64,000 nucleotides of DNA from Octopus vulgaris (Eukaryota): positions 43,710,001 to 43,774,000 of the forward strand of contig OX597833.1 in NCBI GenBank assembly GCA_951406725.2, given 5' to 3'. Positions 26,894 to 41,218 of the stretch are shown here, in pieces; position 1 is the stretch's first letter, and each line of letters begins with the position of its first letter. Made by a program: the position numbers and the translations under genes. The notes beneath the pieces are model-generated. The model ran no database searches, was not told the DNA's origin, and was given only the letters and a program-made list of their open reading frames with translations.

Positions 26894-29610
26894 TCACGCA
26901 CAGCATACTTCCATAGGTCTCGGTCTCTAGTCATTTCCTTGGTGAGACCTAAAGTTCGAAGGTCGTGCTTCACCACCTCGTCCCAGGTTTTCCTGGGTCT
27001 ACCTCTTCCACAGGTTCCCTCAACTGCTAGGGTGTAGCACTTTTGCACACAACTATCTACAGCCATTCTCGTCACATGACCATACCAGCGCAGCCGTCTC
27101 TCTTGCACACCACAATTGACGCTTCTTAGGTTCAACTTTTCTCTCAAGGTACTTACACTCTGACGATTATGAACACTGACATTACACATCCATCGGAGCA
27201 TACTGGCTTCATTTCTTGCAAGCTTACGCATATCCTCAGCAGTCACGGCCCATGTTTCACTACCATGTAGCATGGCTGTACGTACACATGCATCATACAG
27301 TCTGCCTTTTACTCTGAGCGAGAGGCCTTTTGTCACCAGCAGGGGTAAGAGCTCTCTAAACTTTGCCCAAGCTATTCTTACTCTAGCAGTTACACTTTCA
27401 GCACACCCACCCCCGCTACTGACTTGGTCTCCTAGGTAGCGGAAGCTATCAACTACTTCTAGTTTGTCTCCCTGGAACGTGGTAGAAGTTGGTCACTGCA
27501 CATTTCCAGTGTTTATTGCTCCTGAGCATCTGCCACAGACAAAAACTATTTTCCTAGTTAGCCTTCCTTTGACATTGCTGCACCTCTTATGTGTCCATAG
27601 CTTACACTTGGTGCACCTTATAGAGTTTCTACCTACACCTTTTTTACAGATCGAGCAGGGCCATCTACCTGAAGTCGTTTGTGATTGGTCCACCTTCCTA
27701 CTTATTAGGACTTTGGTTTTGGCTAGGTTGATTCTAAGGCCCTTCGATTCTAATCCTTGTTTCCACACCTGAAACTTCTCCTCCAGTTCTGATAGTGACT
27801 CAGCAATTAGAGCAAGGTCGTCAGCATAGAGGAGCTCCCAGGGGCATCCTGTCTTGAATTCCTCCGTTATTGCCTGGAGGACTATGATAAATAGGAGGGG
27901 ACTGAGGACTGAACCTTGGTGGACCCCAACCTCTACCCGGAATTCTTCACTGTACTCATTGCCAACCCTCACCTTACTAGCAGCGTCTCTGTACATGGCT
28001 TGCACAGCTCTCACTAACCATTCATCTATCCCTAGTTTCCTCATTGACCACCAGATAAGGGATCGGGGGACCCTGTCAAAGGCTTTCTCCAAGTCAACAA
28101 AAGCCAGGTACAAGGGCTTGTCTTTGGCTAGGTATTTCTCCTGCAGCTGTCTTACCAGGAATATAGCATCAGTAGTACTTTTCCCTGGCACGAACCCAAA
28201 CTGCATATCATCTAAGCTAACACTCTCTCTAATTAGTTGGGCTATAACCCTCTCCGTAACCTTCATTACCTGATCCAGCAGCTTGATGCCTCTGTAGTTA
28301 TTTGTATCTAGGGCGTCGCCTTTACCTTTGTAGCAGTTGACTATTATGCTGCTACACCAGTCATTGGGTATGACTCCCTCGTGTATCACCTGGTTAACTA
28401 TACGGGTGACTAAGCTATAGCCGACACCACCAGATATTTTGAGCATCTCTGCAGTAATTCCTGATGGGCCTGGGGCTTTCCCTGTTTTCATGCTTCTAAT
28501 TGCCTTATCTACTAAGGAACTGTTAACTCGGATTGCTGGTCCCTCTGTTGGGTCGACATTCGGCAGACTCTCTTTATCCCATTCATTTTCTTCATTCAGC
28601 AACCTTTCATAGTGGCGTCTCCAAGCCTCTCTCTTTGCATCCTCATTTAGCGCAAGTGAACCGTCATCCTTGCGAACACACTTCTCTCCTACCACGTCAC
28701 GGTTCTCTCTCACACACTGTCTTGCAACACGAAATACCTCAAGTCTTTCATCCTCACGGCGCAGGACATTGGCAAATTTTTCCTTATCTGCCTCCCCTCT
28801 GGCTAGATAGACCTGTCTCCTGGCTTCCCTTCTGGCAGTCTGATACACTTCCCTGCTACCACCGTTCTTCCAGGCCTTCCAAGCCTGTTTCTTTTGTCTA
28901 ATAGCCCTGTCAACAATATTGTTCCACCACCACGTTATTTTGGGTCTTAAGGGGACTTTGCACCAGCCACAGATCTGGTCAGCGGCTTTCAGCAGGTTGT
29001 CCCTCAGAAGCGTCCAGTTGTCTTCTACCCCATGCGTAGCTATACTCCCTTCCATTTCGTCTAAGGCTTCAAATAACATATCTCTAAATCTCTGTCCATT
29101 CGCAGGGTCTTTAAGCTTCCAGACCCTTCTTCTCCATGTTGGTCGTCTTCTAGTCGCCCTCTTAGTCCTGATCCTAAAGTCACTAACTACCAGTCTATGT
29201 TGTGGGGTGCATTCTTCGCCTGGGAAGGTTTTGGCATTTATAAGCAGCCATCTTTCCCTTTTTCTGGCAAGGATGTAGTCGATTTGGCTAGTATGCCGGC
29301 CCGATCGGTAGGTGACCAGGTGGCTTGTCGGTTTCCTGAAGTTAGTGTTGCAAACCATAAGACTATTCGCATCGCAGAACTCCAGCAGCCTGGTTCCCTC
29401 CTCGTTGCGGGAACCATAACCGTAGCCTCCATGCACGCCATGGAAGCCCCCAGCACATCGTCCAACATGCCCATTGAAGTCACCAGCCACAAAGAGAAGG
29501 TCCCTGTCGTTCGTCAATGATGTGGTCTGCAGTAGGGTGTCATAGAAACAGTCTTTCTGTCCATCAGGTAGCCCTGGCTGAGGGGCATAGGCCGATATAA
29601 TAGTTGCTAA
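26875..29610 (-). pseudogene. RTE APE-RT ORF, 5'-truncated, single in-frame TGA at 27493-27495
   Basis: ORFs 27493-29517 and 26875-27336 share a frame. The intervening sequence reads PTSTTFQGDKLEVVDSFRYLG. Confidence 0.9.
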
Positions 29611-29779
29611 ACTATGATGGAGCTAATCCATATATATATGTACATATATATATATATATCCATATATATATGTACATATATATATATATATATATCCATA
29701 TATATATGTACATATATATATATATATATCCATATATATATGTACATATATATATATATATATCCATATATATATGTAC

Positions 29780-29821
<42 letters not shown>

Positions 29822-29972
29822 ATATATGTACATATATATATCTCCATATATATATGTACATATATATATATCCATATATATGTATATATATATATATATA
29901 TATCCATATATATGTACATATGTATATATATATATCCATATATATATGTACATATATATATATATCCATATA

Positions 29973-30015
<43 letters not shown>

Positions 30016-30070
30016 ATATATATATGTACATATATACATATATATCCATATATATGTACATATATATATA

Positions 30071-30917
30071 CTAGCAGAATTGCCCGGCGTTGCTCGGGGC
30101 TGAATTGCTGGAAAGTACTGTTAATGATTGCACTGAATTATGATGATTATTCAGGCAAATATTGATATAAGCTTACGGTGGGAGATAAGGACTTAACGAT
30201 CAAACGTGTGCCATTGCATTGTTTTGGGGGAACCAAATTTCTGATGAGCATTATAGGGGCACCAACTTTAAGATTGAGAAAGTGTGGTGGTAGTCCGGGG
30301 TGCTCAAAGGAATTGAGTACCTCTATTGGTTAGTTGATGACGTCCTCTGGGTCAGGAGTTGTATCGATAGACTGATATACATAGACTTCCCCAGGAATGA
30401 GTTTTAGCATTTCATCATTAATATGGTGAACAGTTTTATTCCTCGGGGCCAGTATAGCCTTTTTGCCAATCCAATCCATATTCTGATAATTAGCTTGTAG
30501 ATCTGGGAACACTGCATCTCTGAGATCAGAAGGCATCTTAACAATGGTACAAATGGAATCGATGGCAATATTACCATTTTCATCCCCTGGTATTTTGCCT
30601 TCGCCAAGTGCAAGGAGGGTGTGAGGAAATGCTGCTGATGTGATATTACGTCGCATATGAGCACGCATATTGGTGTGAAGTTTGAGAGTTACTTCCGTTT
30701 ATTTTTTAAAATATGCATTAAAATGGAAAAAAATGATGGTAAATTATTTGTAAAATCATAGACTCATCGTAGACGCGCGCTAATACCCAGAAGGGCTCGA
30801 TATGAATCACGACTATAAGATACCCGGTTTTGGTTAAACTGCATCGCAAAATGTGGGAGTAGTTAGGAATCTAAATCGGAGTAGACAGACACACAACCTT
30901 TCTTTTATATATAAATA
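30071..30917 (-). mobile_element. Internally deleted Helitron
   Basis: 3' end CCCGAGCAACGCCGGG..CTGCTAG, helicase fragment AILAPRNKTVHHIND, 5' end TATATATAAAAG..GTGTCTGTC. Confidence 0.8.
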
Positions 30918-31072
30918 TTTTCGTCCTAAAAAACTTTGTATGGATTGAATGGTTACCTCTATGGAAATATATACACGCACATTATACATACATGTGTGTA
31001 TAGATGAATATATAAATTCATTTAAATATCTATATACACTTTTGGGCGATCTTTCTGCTACTTGGATATAGG

Positions 31073-31510
31073 GGCGATGTTTCGCTTGTCGTAGCACACG
31101 TTTCCGTCGATTTCCGTAAAAAATGTAAACACTGAATCGGCCATACATACATACATACACACACACATACATACACACACACACATACATGCATACATAC
31201 ATATACACATAAACCGAGTAAAAAATTTCAGTTATCTCTCTCTTTCACACATTACTCTCTCTGTCTCTTCACACACACTAACAGAAGCACTTCACTTACA
31301 CAACATACTGTCTGTCTCCCACACTCCATCAAACACACACACACACACACACATGCACATCAATGCGTCCCATGCACGGTAACTTCAAAAGAACTTCCTC
31401 GTCATACAATCGCTTTCTCTTAGTCTCTTTCGCTCTCATTACTTATGTAAAAAAATAATTTTTTTACGGAAATCGACGGAAACCTGTGCTACGACAAGCG
31501 AAACATCGCC
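31073..31510. mobile_element. MITE with ~50-bp TIRs
   Basis: GGCGATGTTTCGCTTGTCGTAGCACACGTTTCCGTCGATTTCCGTAAAAAA / TTTTTTACGGAAATCGACGGAAACCTGTGCTACGACAAGCGAAACATCGCC. Confidence 0.85.
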
Positions 31511-32289
31511 GAAATAGGTCTTATATTCGTCCTAAAATACTTTCCTGTCACACACTCACGCACACGCACGCACGCACACACACACACACACACACACACG
31601 CACCCTCACACACACACACACACGCACACACACGCACGTTAGCTTACAATTTTATTTATATATTTGCGTGTCTATGTGTGTAAAGAGGAAGTGGCAGACT
31701 GAAAGAGTCACTCACTACAAAAGGTGAATTACTTTCATTTTATTCCTTGCACACTGTGTGTGTGCGTGTGCGTGTGGTGTAAAACACATTAAGAAAAGCA
31801 TTTGACATACACACCAGAATGTGAGTTTTCTGTAAATTTTGCTTAATTGGAGTTTAAATTTTAAAAAGTGGACCTGGCAAAACCCAATGCATTCTACTCT
31901 TAAAAATGCAAAGTAAATTGTAATTGAAGAAATCCTATATTGTAGATTTCTATAACTGACAAAGGGAGGCAGATAAAATCTGCCTTTTATAATAAGAGAT
32001 ATATATACACACACACATATGTACATATATATACATACACACATATGTATATATATAAATATATATACATACACACATATGTACACATATACATATATAC
32101 ATACACACATATGTACATATATATACATATATATACATACACACATATGTACATATATATACATATATACATACACACATATGTACATATATATACATAT
32201 ATACATACACACATACACACCGGCACTGATATCTCAGCTGCAATTTCCAATATAAATTGGACATGGGCAATTGTTGTATTCTTTCTTTT

Positions 32290-32654
32290 CTTGAGGTTCA
32301 CAGCCAAGTGGCCGGGTGGATTCACATGAAAAAATGGCACACATATGGAGACAGGTGCATAGATTGGAATGCAGTTTGCATTTTTTTCCTAACCTCCATA
32401 CTTACTGAGAAAATCAATTAAAACTTTTTCTAATGGAATTTCCCTCTTTCTTCTGCCATTAAAACAACCAGTTGCTTAGAAACTGTTTTCTGACGGGGTG
32501 GGGGTCAGGAAATGTTCATATAGCAGGAGACTCCAATCGAAACAGGGGACTCGTGATGATAAGATTGACAAATGCTGTTACAGATTATGCCTAACCAAAA
32601 ACGATCACACCCACATCATCCAAACAGACCGGGTGAAACTGGGCTTAGCTGCTA

Positions 32655-32655
<1 letters not shown>
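32290..32655 (+). mobile_element. Helitron 3' end
   Basis: CCGGGTGAAACTGGG hairpin then GCTGCTAG|T; 5' limit unknown. Confidence 0.5.
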
Positions 32656-32698
<43 letters not shown>

Positions 32699-32699
32699 A

Positions 32700-33255
32700 T
32701 ATATGTGTTTGTGTGTGTATATGTTTGTGTGCCTGTTTGTCCCCCCAGCATCACTTGACAACCAATGCTGGTGTGTTTACGTCACCGTAACTTAGTGGTT
32801 TGGCATAAGAGACTGATAGAATAAGTACTAGGCTTACAATGGTTAAGCTCTGGGGTCGGTTTGCTCAACTATAAAGGCGGTGCTCCAGCATGGCCGCAGT
32901 CAAATGACTGAAACAAGTAAAAGATTATATATATATGGGCTTCTTTCAGTTTCTGTCTGCCAGATCTGCTCGCGAGGCTTTGATAAGCTATAGTAGAAAA
33001 CACCTTTCCAAGGTGCCATGTAGTGGGATTGAACCGAGAACTACGTGGTTGGGAAGCAAGCTTCTTGCCACACAGCCTCATCAAGAGAGAGATAGATAGA
33101 TATGGGCTTCTCTCAGTTTCTATACCAAATCTGTACCAAATCGCAAAGCTTTGATTTACCCGGGGCTATAGTGAAAGTCTCCAGCCCAAGGTGCCAAGCA
33201 GCGGGATTGAACTCGGAAACATATGGTTCAGTAATAAACACCATAACCAATCAAC
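32700..33255. mobile_element. Cluster of SINE family B fragments (both strands)
   Basis: 3' part on plus (32700-32922); two 5' parts on minus (32936-33077, 33103-33255). Confidence 0.75.
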
Positions 33256-33278
33256 CATACTTGCAACTCTTTTAATTA

Positions 33279-34135
33279 CCGTATTTGACGGCATATTAGA
33301 CGCCCTGGCATATTAGACGCACCCTCATTTCAGCAGGTCAAATTCAGGGAAAAAAGTTTTAAGTGTATTTAAGCATATATTGTTGAAAGCAGTCTATTAT
33401 CATTTTGGTAGATACACTTCTCCCTAAGTTTCTCTCATCAAGCACCCACGTTTTTATATCATCCTCAAGTTCTGGCCAATGTGGGGCTGGGCAACGAAGG
33501 TTATGTTTACCTTTCTGTGCTCTCATCAGCTGCTCTTCTTGCTGTCGCCAGACACTATCATTTTTTTCTGTAGGTGGTGGCCCCAAAACCCTTGCTGCTG
33601 CTCTATTTCCATGCTCCTTGGCATAATCTACCACTCGTAGTTTGTAGGAGATTTTGTAGCTTGATCTTTTTGCTGCCATAGCCGTGAGGGTGCTTGTACT
33701 GTTGTAGTGTGTTTTGTTATGATCATAAACTTTGTTGTACCAAGATATCCAACCTACCTCCGTATATACACGAACTCGCAACGATCATGTGCTTTCCGTA
33801 GTTTTACTCCTCACCATCAGATGGCATCGAGTTAGGGTTCCGATCAGCTGATATTAGTAAAAGTGTGTCATGGATCGCAGCCTAACAATTTACGGTAGAT
33901 TGCTTTGATTTTTACGATAATTCGTATTTTAAAGTAATAATACTGGTAATAATAATAATAATAATAATACTAGCAATAAAATAATGATGCATGAGTACGG
34001 AAAATATCATTAAGGCGTTAGCGTAGGTAGAAGATTAGCCTACGGGAGGGTCTTGACTTCGCATATTAGACGCAGGGCGATTTTTTGAGCCAAATTTTTT
34101 GGAAAAAAGTGCGTCCTATATGCCGTCAAATACGG
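33279..34135 (-). mobile_element. pogo-family transposon (POGK/Passer-like), internally deleted
   Basis: TA|CCGTATTTGACGGCATAT...ATATGCCGTCAAATACGG|TA. The ORF encodes a Brinker-type DBD (KRSSYKISYKLRVVDYAKEHGNRAAAR) plus a CENP-B HTH (WPELEDDIKTWV). Confidence 0.9.
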
Positions 34136-34436
34136 TAATTAAAAAAACCCAATCGTGTGAACTTAAAATATCGGACATGATAAATAAATGGAAACTAGAG
34201 ATCAGTGAAAACACTCAACCAAAATTACTCGCCTTAACGAACACAGGTAAACATATCCTTAAAGATAACAACAAAACAAGGTCAGTCATGAATTGTGCTG
34301 AAATAATTACTAGTGTTACCTACTTAGGTGTCTTCAGTAAACAAAATAGTTTCTTCAAGACGTATAACCTTACTAAATATTTAGTACTGACTTGTGTCAT
34401 ATGTTGTACTGTGTTACATTATAATGTTAGTATATA

Positions 34437-34836
34437 GGCGCAGGAGTGGCTGTGTGGTAAGTAGCTTGCTAACCAACCACATGGTTCTGGGTTCAGTCAT
34501 CTTAGGCAAGTGTCTTCTACTATAGCCTCGGGCCGACCAATGCCTTGTGAGTATATTTGGTAGACGGAAACTGAAAGAAGCCCGTCGTATATATGTATAT
34601 ATATATATATGTATGTATGTATGTATGTTTGTGTGTCTGTGTTTGTCCCCCTAGCATTGCTTGACAACCGATGCTGGTGTGTTTACGTCTCCGTCACTTA
34701 GCGGTTCGGCAAAAAGAGACCGATAGAATAAGTACTGGGCTTACAAAGAATAAGTCCCGGGGTCGATTTGCTCGACTAAAGGCGGTGCTCCAGCATGGCC
34801 GCAGTCAAATGACTGAAACAAGTAAAAGAAAAAGAA
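34437..34836 (+). mobile_element. SINE family B, near full length
   Basis: Head GGCGCAGGAGTGGCTGTGTGG through tail GACTGAAACAAGTAAAAGA. Confidence 0.9.
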
Positions 34837-34936
34837 NNNNNNNNNNNNNNNNNNNNNNNNNNNNNNNNNNNNNNNNNNNNNNNNNNNNNNNNNNNNNNNN
34901 NNNNNNNNNNNNNNNNNNNNNNNNNNNNNNNNNNNN
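34837..34936. other. Assembly gap (100 N)
   Basis: Run of N. Confidence 1.
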
Positions 34937-36289
34937 CCTGGTTAAAAACTTTATTTTAAATATTTCCCATGTCAGGACTGGTTACGTTGGCTGAGATGTG
35001 CACTAACTGCTTGGTAGTATTTAGTTGTCTCGAATTCAAATTCTCAGTGATATTGTACCTGTGAAAGTTGATATTTTAGACTATTTTTGCCCATATGTAC
35101 GTATGTATGTATATGTGTATGTGTTTTTCCACCACCACTGCTTGACAACCAGTGTTGGTTTAGTTTATTTTTAACTTAGTTTAACAAAAGATATAGATAA
35201 AATATGTATCATGCTTTAAAAAACAAGTACTGGGTCAACTTGTTCGATTAAAACCTTCAAGGTGGTACCCCAGCATGGCTGCAGTCCACTGACTGAAACA
35301 AGATAAATAAATGTAATCATCTCAGCGAAATTTTGTTTAACAAGCCATATTTTGTTTAATGTACAAGCTGTCAGAACTTGGCTTCTTACACCTACCCTAT
35401 ATTATCATTCACACAAGCAAGTGTTTTCTACTATATAATCTTAGGCCAGCCAAAGCCTTGTGAGTGAATTTAGAGATAGAAACTGAAAAAAGCATATCGT
35501 ATGTGTATAACATATCAATGTGTGTATGTCTCTTGACAAGTGGTGTTGGTGTGTTTACTTCGTTGTTAACTTAGTGGTTTGGCAAAAGGGTGGGGAGGGC
35601 AATAAAATAAGTAAAAAGCTGTAAAAAAAAGTTCTGGGGTTGATACATGAGTAAAAAACTCTTGAAGATGAGCCCCAGCACATACAAAATATATAATCAC
35701 ATCATTGCAACATCAAATTTACGAGAGAATGCATGATAAAATTCAAAACAATGTAGGTGTATAGACATTACACATCTGACAGGGTAATCTGAATGCTAAA
35801 GGATTAAAAATATACATTAAGAAGGTTAAGAGGAAACAGTCTTGGCAGCGGTGGTGTGTTGTGCAGAGCAACTATAAAGTAATGTCTCAATAGATTGATA
35901 CTAAACTTATTTTATCGACCCCTTATGCATCAAAGAAACTTGGTGATAGGATTTGAACTCAAAACATGACGGATAGATACTAAATACAGCAACCTAATTA
36001 GCTTGGAAAACAAAAAAAATTATCTTTTCTTGATAATTCTTCCTAATTATGGCATAAGACCAGTTATCTTGAGGGGAGGGGGTGAAGTTGAAACCATTGA
36101 TTCCAGTACTAGACTGACTGGTACTATATTTCACTAACCCCAACAGAATGGCATTTACAGTTGTCCTGGTAGGATTTGAACTTAGTCTGAAGAAACGCAG
36201 CAAATCATTTTATCAATTCCTTAATAATTCTGCCATACAGTAAGAAATAAAAGTTTCTAATCTGAGGGGATGGGGCTAATCAATTACAA

Positions 36290-36445
36290 CGACTCCAGTG
36301 CTTAACTGGTACTTATTGGATCCCGAAATGAAATGCAAAGTCGACCTCTGGAGAATTTGAACTCAGGATGTGAAGATGGACAAAATGTTGCTAAGCATTT
36401 TGTCTGGTGTACTAACGAATTCAGCCAGCTGACCGCCTTTTTCTC

Positions 36446-36476
<31 letters not shown>

Positions 36477-37088
36477 GTATCAAATTTGCCACAAGGGCAA
36501 CAATTTGGGGGAAGGGAATAAGTCAATTTCATCAATGCCAGTGATTCACTGGTACTTAATTTATCAACCCCAAAAGGCTGAAAGGCAAAGTCAACCTCAG
36601 CAGAATTTGAACTCAGTCAAAGCGACGGGCGAAATACTGCTAACGATTCTGCCAGCTCACAGCTTTAATAATAATAATAATAATAATAAATTCTTTTTAT
36701 TGGCCACAAAGGCTAATATAAATCAAAAACATTAAAGGACAACACAAGACGATATACAAAGGGTTCTACTCTAGGCCCGAAATTTTGGGGGAGGGGGGCC
36801 AATAGATTAGGTCGACTCCAGTACACAACTGGTCAACCCTGTACGGATGAAAGGCAAACGAAATACCTATTTCTTTACTACTCACAAGAGGTTAAACACA
36901 GAGAGGACAGACAAACGGATTAAGTCGATTATATCGACACCAGTGCGTAACAGGTACTTAATTTATCGACCCCGAAAGGATGAAAGGCAAAGTTGACCTC
37001 GGCGGAATTTGAACTCAGAACGTAACGGCAGACGAAATACCGCTAAGCATTTCACCAAGCGTGCTAACAATTCTGCGAGCTCACCGCC
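36290..37088 (-). mobile_element. Cluster of SINE family A copies and fragments
   Basis: Repeated GGATGAAAGGCAAAGT.GACCTC..GAATTTGAACTCAG; best copy 36863-37088. Confidence 0.8.
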
Positions 37089-37098
37089 TCATTAATAA

Positions 37099-37460
37099 TA
37101 AGAGCATTCAAGAGAGCGCAAACCTCCGCCAAGGCAACACCAACGTCCTCTCAGCCAGAGATGATTTTTAAAATAAGAATATCTGAAATAAACTCGACTG
37201 CTCTCACAAACGAGAATACTAAGAATGAACCCGACTGCTCTCAAAAATTAAGTAAAAAAAACAACAACAACAAAAAAACAGTAAAAATAATCCAGAATCC
37301 TTGTCCCGGACCCGATCGATCAGTTCATGCCAGTCATGAGGCCAAACATCCCTAAAAGTTTTATCCGAATCCATCCAGTGGTTCTTGAGATATATTGTCC
37401 ATGGACAAACAAACAAACACGACAGAAACAATACCCCCGCCTTCGCTAAGGCGGAAATAA
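37099..37460 (+). mobile_element. Helentron-associated non-autonomous element
   Basis: 5' CTCCGCCAAGG; 3' (ACAA)n then CCGCCTTCGCTAAGGCGG hairpin. Confidence 0.55.
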
Positions 37461-37715
37461 TAATAATAATTATTTCTTTATTATCCACAAGTGTTTTACA
37501 CGAAGAAAAACATTATGGACAGTACAGGACAAACCCAAAATAATGTGTGTGAGTGTGTGTAGTTGTAAGGGTTTTGCGTAATCCTTTCTATTAGAGGCAC
37601 AAATACTTGAAATTCGGTGGGGAAGAGGAAATCGATTATATCGTTCCTCACTAATTGGAGCCTGAGAAGGTCATATCTGAGATTTATCTACAGTGATTTT
37701 ATAAAAAAAGTATAC

Positions 37716-37910
37716 TCTCTTTTACTTGTTTCAGTCATTTGACTGTGGCCATGCTGGAGCACCGCCTTTAGTCGAGCAAATTGACCCCAGGACTTAGTCT
37801 TTGTAAGCCCAGTACTTAATCTATCGGTCTTCTTTTGTCGAAACGCTAAGTTACGGGGACGTAAACACATCAGCATCGGTTGTCAAGCGATGTTGGGGGG
37901 AGAAACACAG

Positions 37911-37960
<50 letters not shown>

Positions 37961-38313
37961 GCATATATATATACTAATATAGGATGAAGGTTTTTTCTCT
38001 ACAGAAAAAAATTCCATCAAGAAATGTGGCAGCATATTAAATTATATGTGGAAATTGACGATTTCATAGTCTGTTATCAGCATATTGGCTTTGAATTAAT
38101 TTTCTTTAGCCCTTACTTATAAGTATATATATATGTATATATATATATATATATATACGACGGGCTTCTTTCAGTTTCCGTCTACCAAATCCACTCATAG
38201 GTCGGCCCGAGGCTATAGTAGAAGACACTTGCCCGAGGTGCCACGCAGTGGGAATGAACCTGGAACCATGTGGTTCGTAAGCAAGCTACTTACCACAGAG
38301 CCACTCCTACGCC
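37716..38313 (-). mobile_element. SINE family B interrupted in its internal microsatellite
   Basis: 3' part 37716-37920, 5' part 38155-38313. Confidence 0.8.
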
Positions 38314-38514
38314 TGTAAAAGATAATTTATTGTAATAGCATACTTTTCTTACACACACACGGGGCCTCGCTTGGTTCGGTCACCCATTTCTCCCTTAAAT
38401 CACACATCTTTTTCATTTGAAATATTTGCAATTCCCCACCACCACCGAAACGGCTTCTCCCATGGCTTTTAAGTGCGTAGTGCCAAAAAAATGTTGGTCA
38501 ATATCTGTCCAGAA

Positions 38515-38716
38515 CAGTGGTTTTCAACTAGGGTTCCGCCAGTACAGTCCAGGGGTTCCGCAAGAAGTTTACAAAACTGCTAAAATTGGCAGTAATTTTT
38601 AATTCTCCTGTGCAGATATGTGTGCATAAGACTATTAAATTATTGCACAGGGGTTCCTCGAGCCAGTGGAATGTTTCCTTGGGGTTCCGCTCCAGCAAAA
38701 AGTTTGAAAAGCACTG
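38515..38716. mobile_element. hAT MITE
   Basis: CAGTGGTTTTCAAC...GTTTGAAAAGCACTG with an exact 8-bp TSD GTCCAGAA on both sides. Confidence 0.95.
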
Positions 38717-39067
38717 GTCCAGAATATGGTAGTGAGGTGTAAAAATCATTAACTTTCATAACTTTTTTCATAAAATTTGCGCTGAGAGGACTCGGAAAAT
38801 ACACGTGAATTTTCCGAGTCCTCTCCCACCGACTCCCCCGTTCATCAGCGCGCACTTTTTTTTTTTATTTCATATTCGTTTACTACACATTATTTGGTAA
38901 ATTTTTCAAGTGCACCCCATGCGATTCACTAAGCTTGTAAAAATTTACGGCATTTTGAAATTACCCCCCATTTCTTCATTTTTAACTTTTTTCAGAAACT
39001 GTGTTTTCAAAATATGCGGAAAATACGGAGATTATGATTCTGAGAAAAATTTGCAAACATTTTTCTA

Positions 39068-39141
39068 GTTACGGTTAGGGTTTAAGTGTTAGGAGGTTAG
39101 GGTTAGGAGGTTAGGGTTGAGGTTTTAGGGTTAGGGTTACG
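39068..39141 (+). repeat. Degenerate (TTAGGG)n tract, probably inside a DNA element
   Basis: GTTAGGGTTAGGAGGTTAGGGTTGAGGTTTTAGGGTTAGGG. Confidence 0.7.
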
Positions 39142-40877
39142 GAAAAAAGTGAAAAATTAAGAAATTGGGGGAAGGAACGTGGGGGAGGGGTCAGAAATTT
39201 TAAAATTCTGATTTTTGGCAATTTTATGGAATCTCCGTATCCGAAAACGTGGGTTTTTGACACAAAAAAAAAATATTTGCGAGAAAATGGGGGAGGAACA
39301 GGAGGAAGTCTTTCTAAATCTACCCATAGTTTTACACCTATTACATATTTTCTTCTTTTTTCATTTTTGCAATCTGAACTAGAGATTAACCAAAAATCTA
39401 AATAATGTGAGCATTCTGATATGAAACTCCGCCAAATTTTCTACAAATACACTTCAATGGAGATAATATTGGAATACGTGGAGAATATATTTTTCCGAGG
39501 GTAGGGTGAGGAGTTTCGGAAAATTCACAGGTGACGGCTTTTACTCATAACTGTTGAACACGCACACCACCCATTTTCGGCGGAAACCAAACCTTATATC
39601 AACGGGTGTGCGTATCCTTCGCCTTCACCTAAATACCTTTCAGAGTGCGCAGATTACAATTATACCGGAGTTTAATATGAAAAAATATGAAAAAAAAAAA
39701 ATGGACTCGTACAAATACGTACTGACACACGTCACATATATCAACTGTATGAAACCAGAAATATCGAAAAAAAAAATTGTGATGCGTGTCAGTATGTATA
39801 TGTGTGAGCTCATTATTTTTTCTTTTCACATCATATTCTGATATATTCGTAATTTACACACTCCGAATAAAAGTACCTGCTAAAAAAAATTTTTTAAACA
39901 GGTGGGGGGAATGCTTAACTTGACCCGAAAACGAAATAGGTTAATGGTTAACGTGTACAAAAAATAGTAATATCCATTTTTGAGAAAGTTATGAGGAAAC
40001 AAAGCTAACTCGTGTGAATTATCTGAAAGTCCTCTTCCCGCTCACAGAGGATCTTTTTTTGAACTTTTTCGAAATTTTTCCCCCTTATATTTTAGATGAC
40101 AAAGATTCCGAATATGCAAGAAAACACGTTTTCAAAATTTGAAAATTCAATTAGCTATAGATAGGCATAAAGAGATAAGTAGATATGTCTTCCTGGCGCT
40201 AAAAACAATAGTAACACCTTCTTCTATAGAACTGCCACATTTAGTTGACAAATATATTTTATGAATAAACGAACAAGGATAAATAGACAAGCAGATAAAT
40301 AAATAAATAAATGGATGAAAAAGTTCAAAATTTAAAATTGGGGGAGGGGTGAAATTTGAGCCCCTTATTAAACTTTATAGCATTAATTATTAAACATTAA
40401 GGTTGGTTTCTCATAAAATTGTGTATTTAATTTACATTCATATTTACACAAGTAAAACGCAAATTTTGTCTGGATTTAATTTCGATTTACATATGTTCCT
40501 CAATTCGCCACGATCTCTTTAAAGTAAACAAAATCAAAAATTTAAATTGGGGGAGGGGGGTGAGGCAAGATCAACATTTTTTTTTACATATTTGTAATCC
40601 CCGACATCAAAAACGTAGGAATCCGAACGATTTTTTTTCAACAAAATGCATTTTTCAAGGAGAGGTGCGAAACCGCATTAGCCCTGACAAGCCTAAGTGA
40701 AATAAAACAAGCATTTGAAACACAAAATATCGATCACTGAACGAGGTAATAAAATCTTAATTCAATACAAGTGTGTGTGTATGTAATTGCGGAGAGAGAG
40801 AGAAGACAAAAAGAAAAGGGGCAGAGAGAAAGAGAAAGGAACGAAGGAAATAAAAGTTATCCTTAATCTTAACTTAC

Positions 40878-40992
40878 AGTCTTGAGCGGACGTCATCACT
40901 ATCATCGTCATAACTAAAAACGTCGTCAACAGCATAGTAAGTAGAAAAGGGTGCCGACTGCCTCCGGCCACAATAATGTAACTACAGGACAT
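40878..40992 (-). CDS. First coding exon (signal peptide) of an Ig-superfamily gene
   Basis: ATG at 40992 opens MSCSYIIVAGGSRHPFLLTMLLTTFLVMTMIVMTSAQD, a hydrophobic core followed by an SAQD-type cleavage site. A consensus donor T|GTAAGT follows at 40877, phase 1, matching the phase-1 Ig exons downstream. Confidence 0.7.
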
Positions 40993-41218
40993 ATTTAATC
41001 CAGATGAAATATGATAGAAAAGTGTGTAATGGTTTTCTTCGTGACGTAATTCAATTAGAAAATTAAATCCAACAGAACAAGTTCTATAAGCGTGACACAT
41101 ACATAGATACATACACACACACACATACATACATACACACACACATACTTACACACACACACACACACACATAGATACATACACACACACACATACATGC
41201 AGACATACATATACACAT

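Larger units (their letters stand above)
24527..29627 (-). mobile_element. RTE-clade LINE, 5'-truncated
   Basis: APE motifs SAYAPQ, GDFNGHVG and SQIDY; RT motifs GVHQGSVLSPLLF and LLYADD; C-terminal GRGRPRKTW; (GAT)n tail. Inserted in a TCCATATATATATGTAC microsatellite. Confidence 0.95.

Noticed and set aside
27493-27495. In-frame TGA in the RTE ORF as programmed readthrough or selenocysteine
   Set aside because: A single substitution in a 5'-truncated copy is the simpler explanation; no supporting signal seen.
34437-34510. tRNA genes
   Set aside because: A/B-box sequences are SINE heads continuing into SINE bodies; no complete cloverleaf.
39068-39141. True telomere or chromosome fusion site
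   Set aside because: Short, degenerate, single orientation, and embedded in repeat-like DNA.
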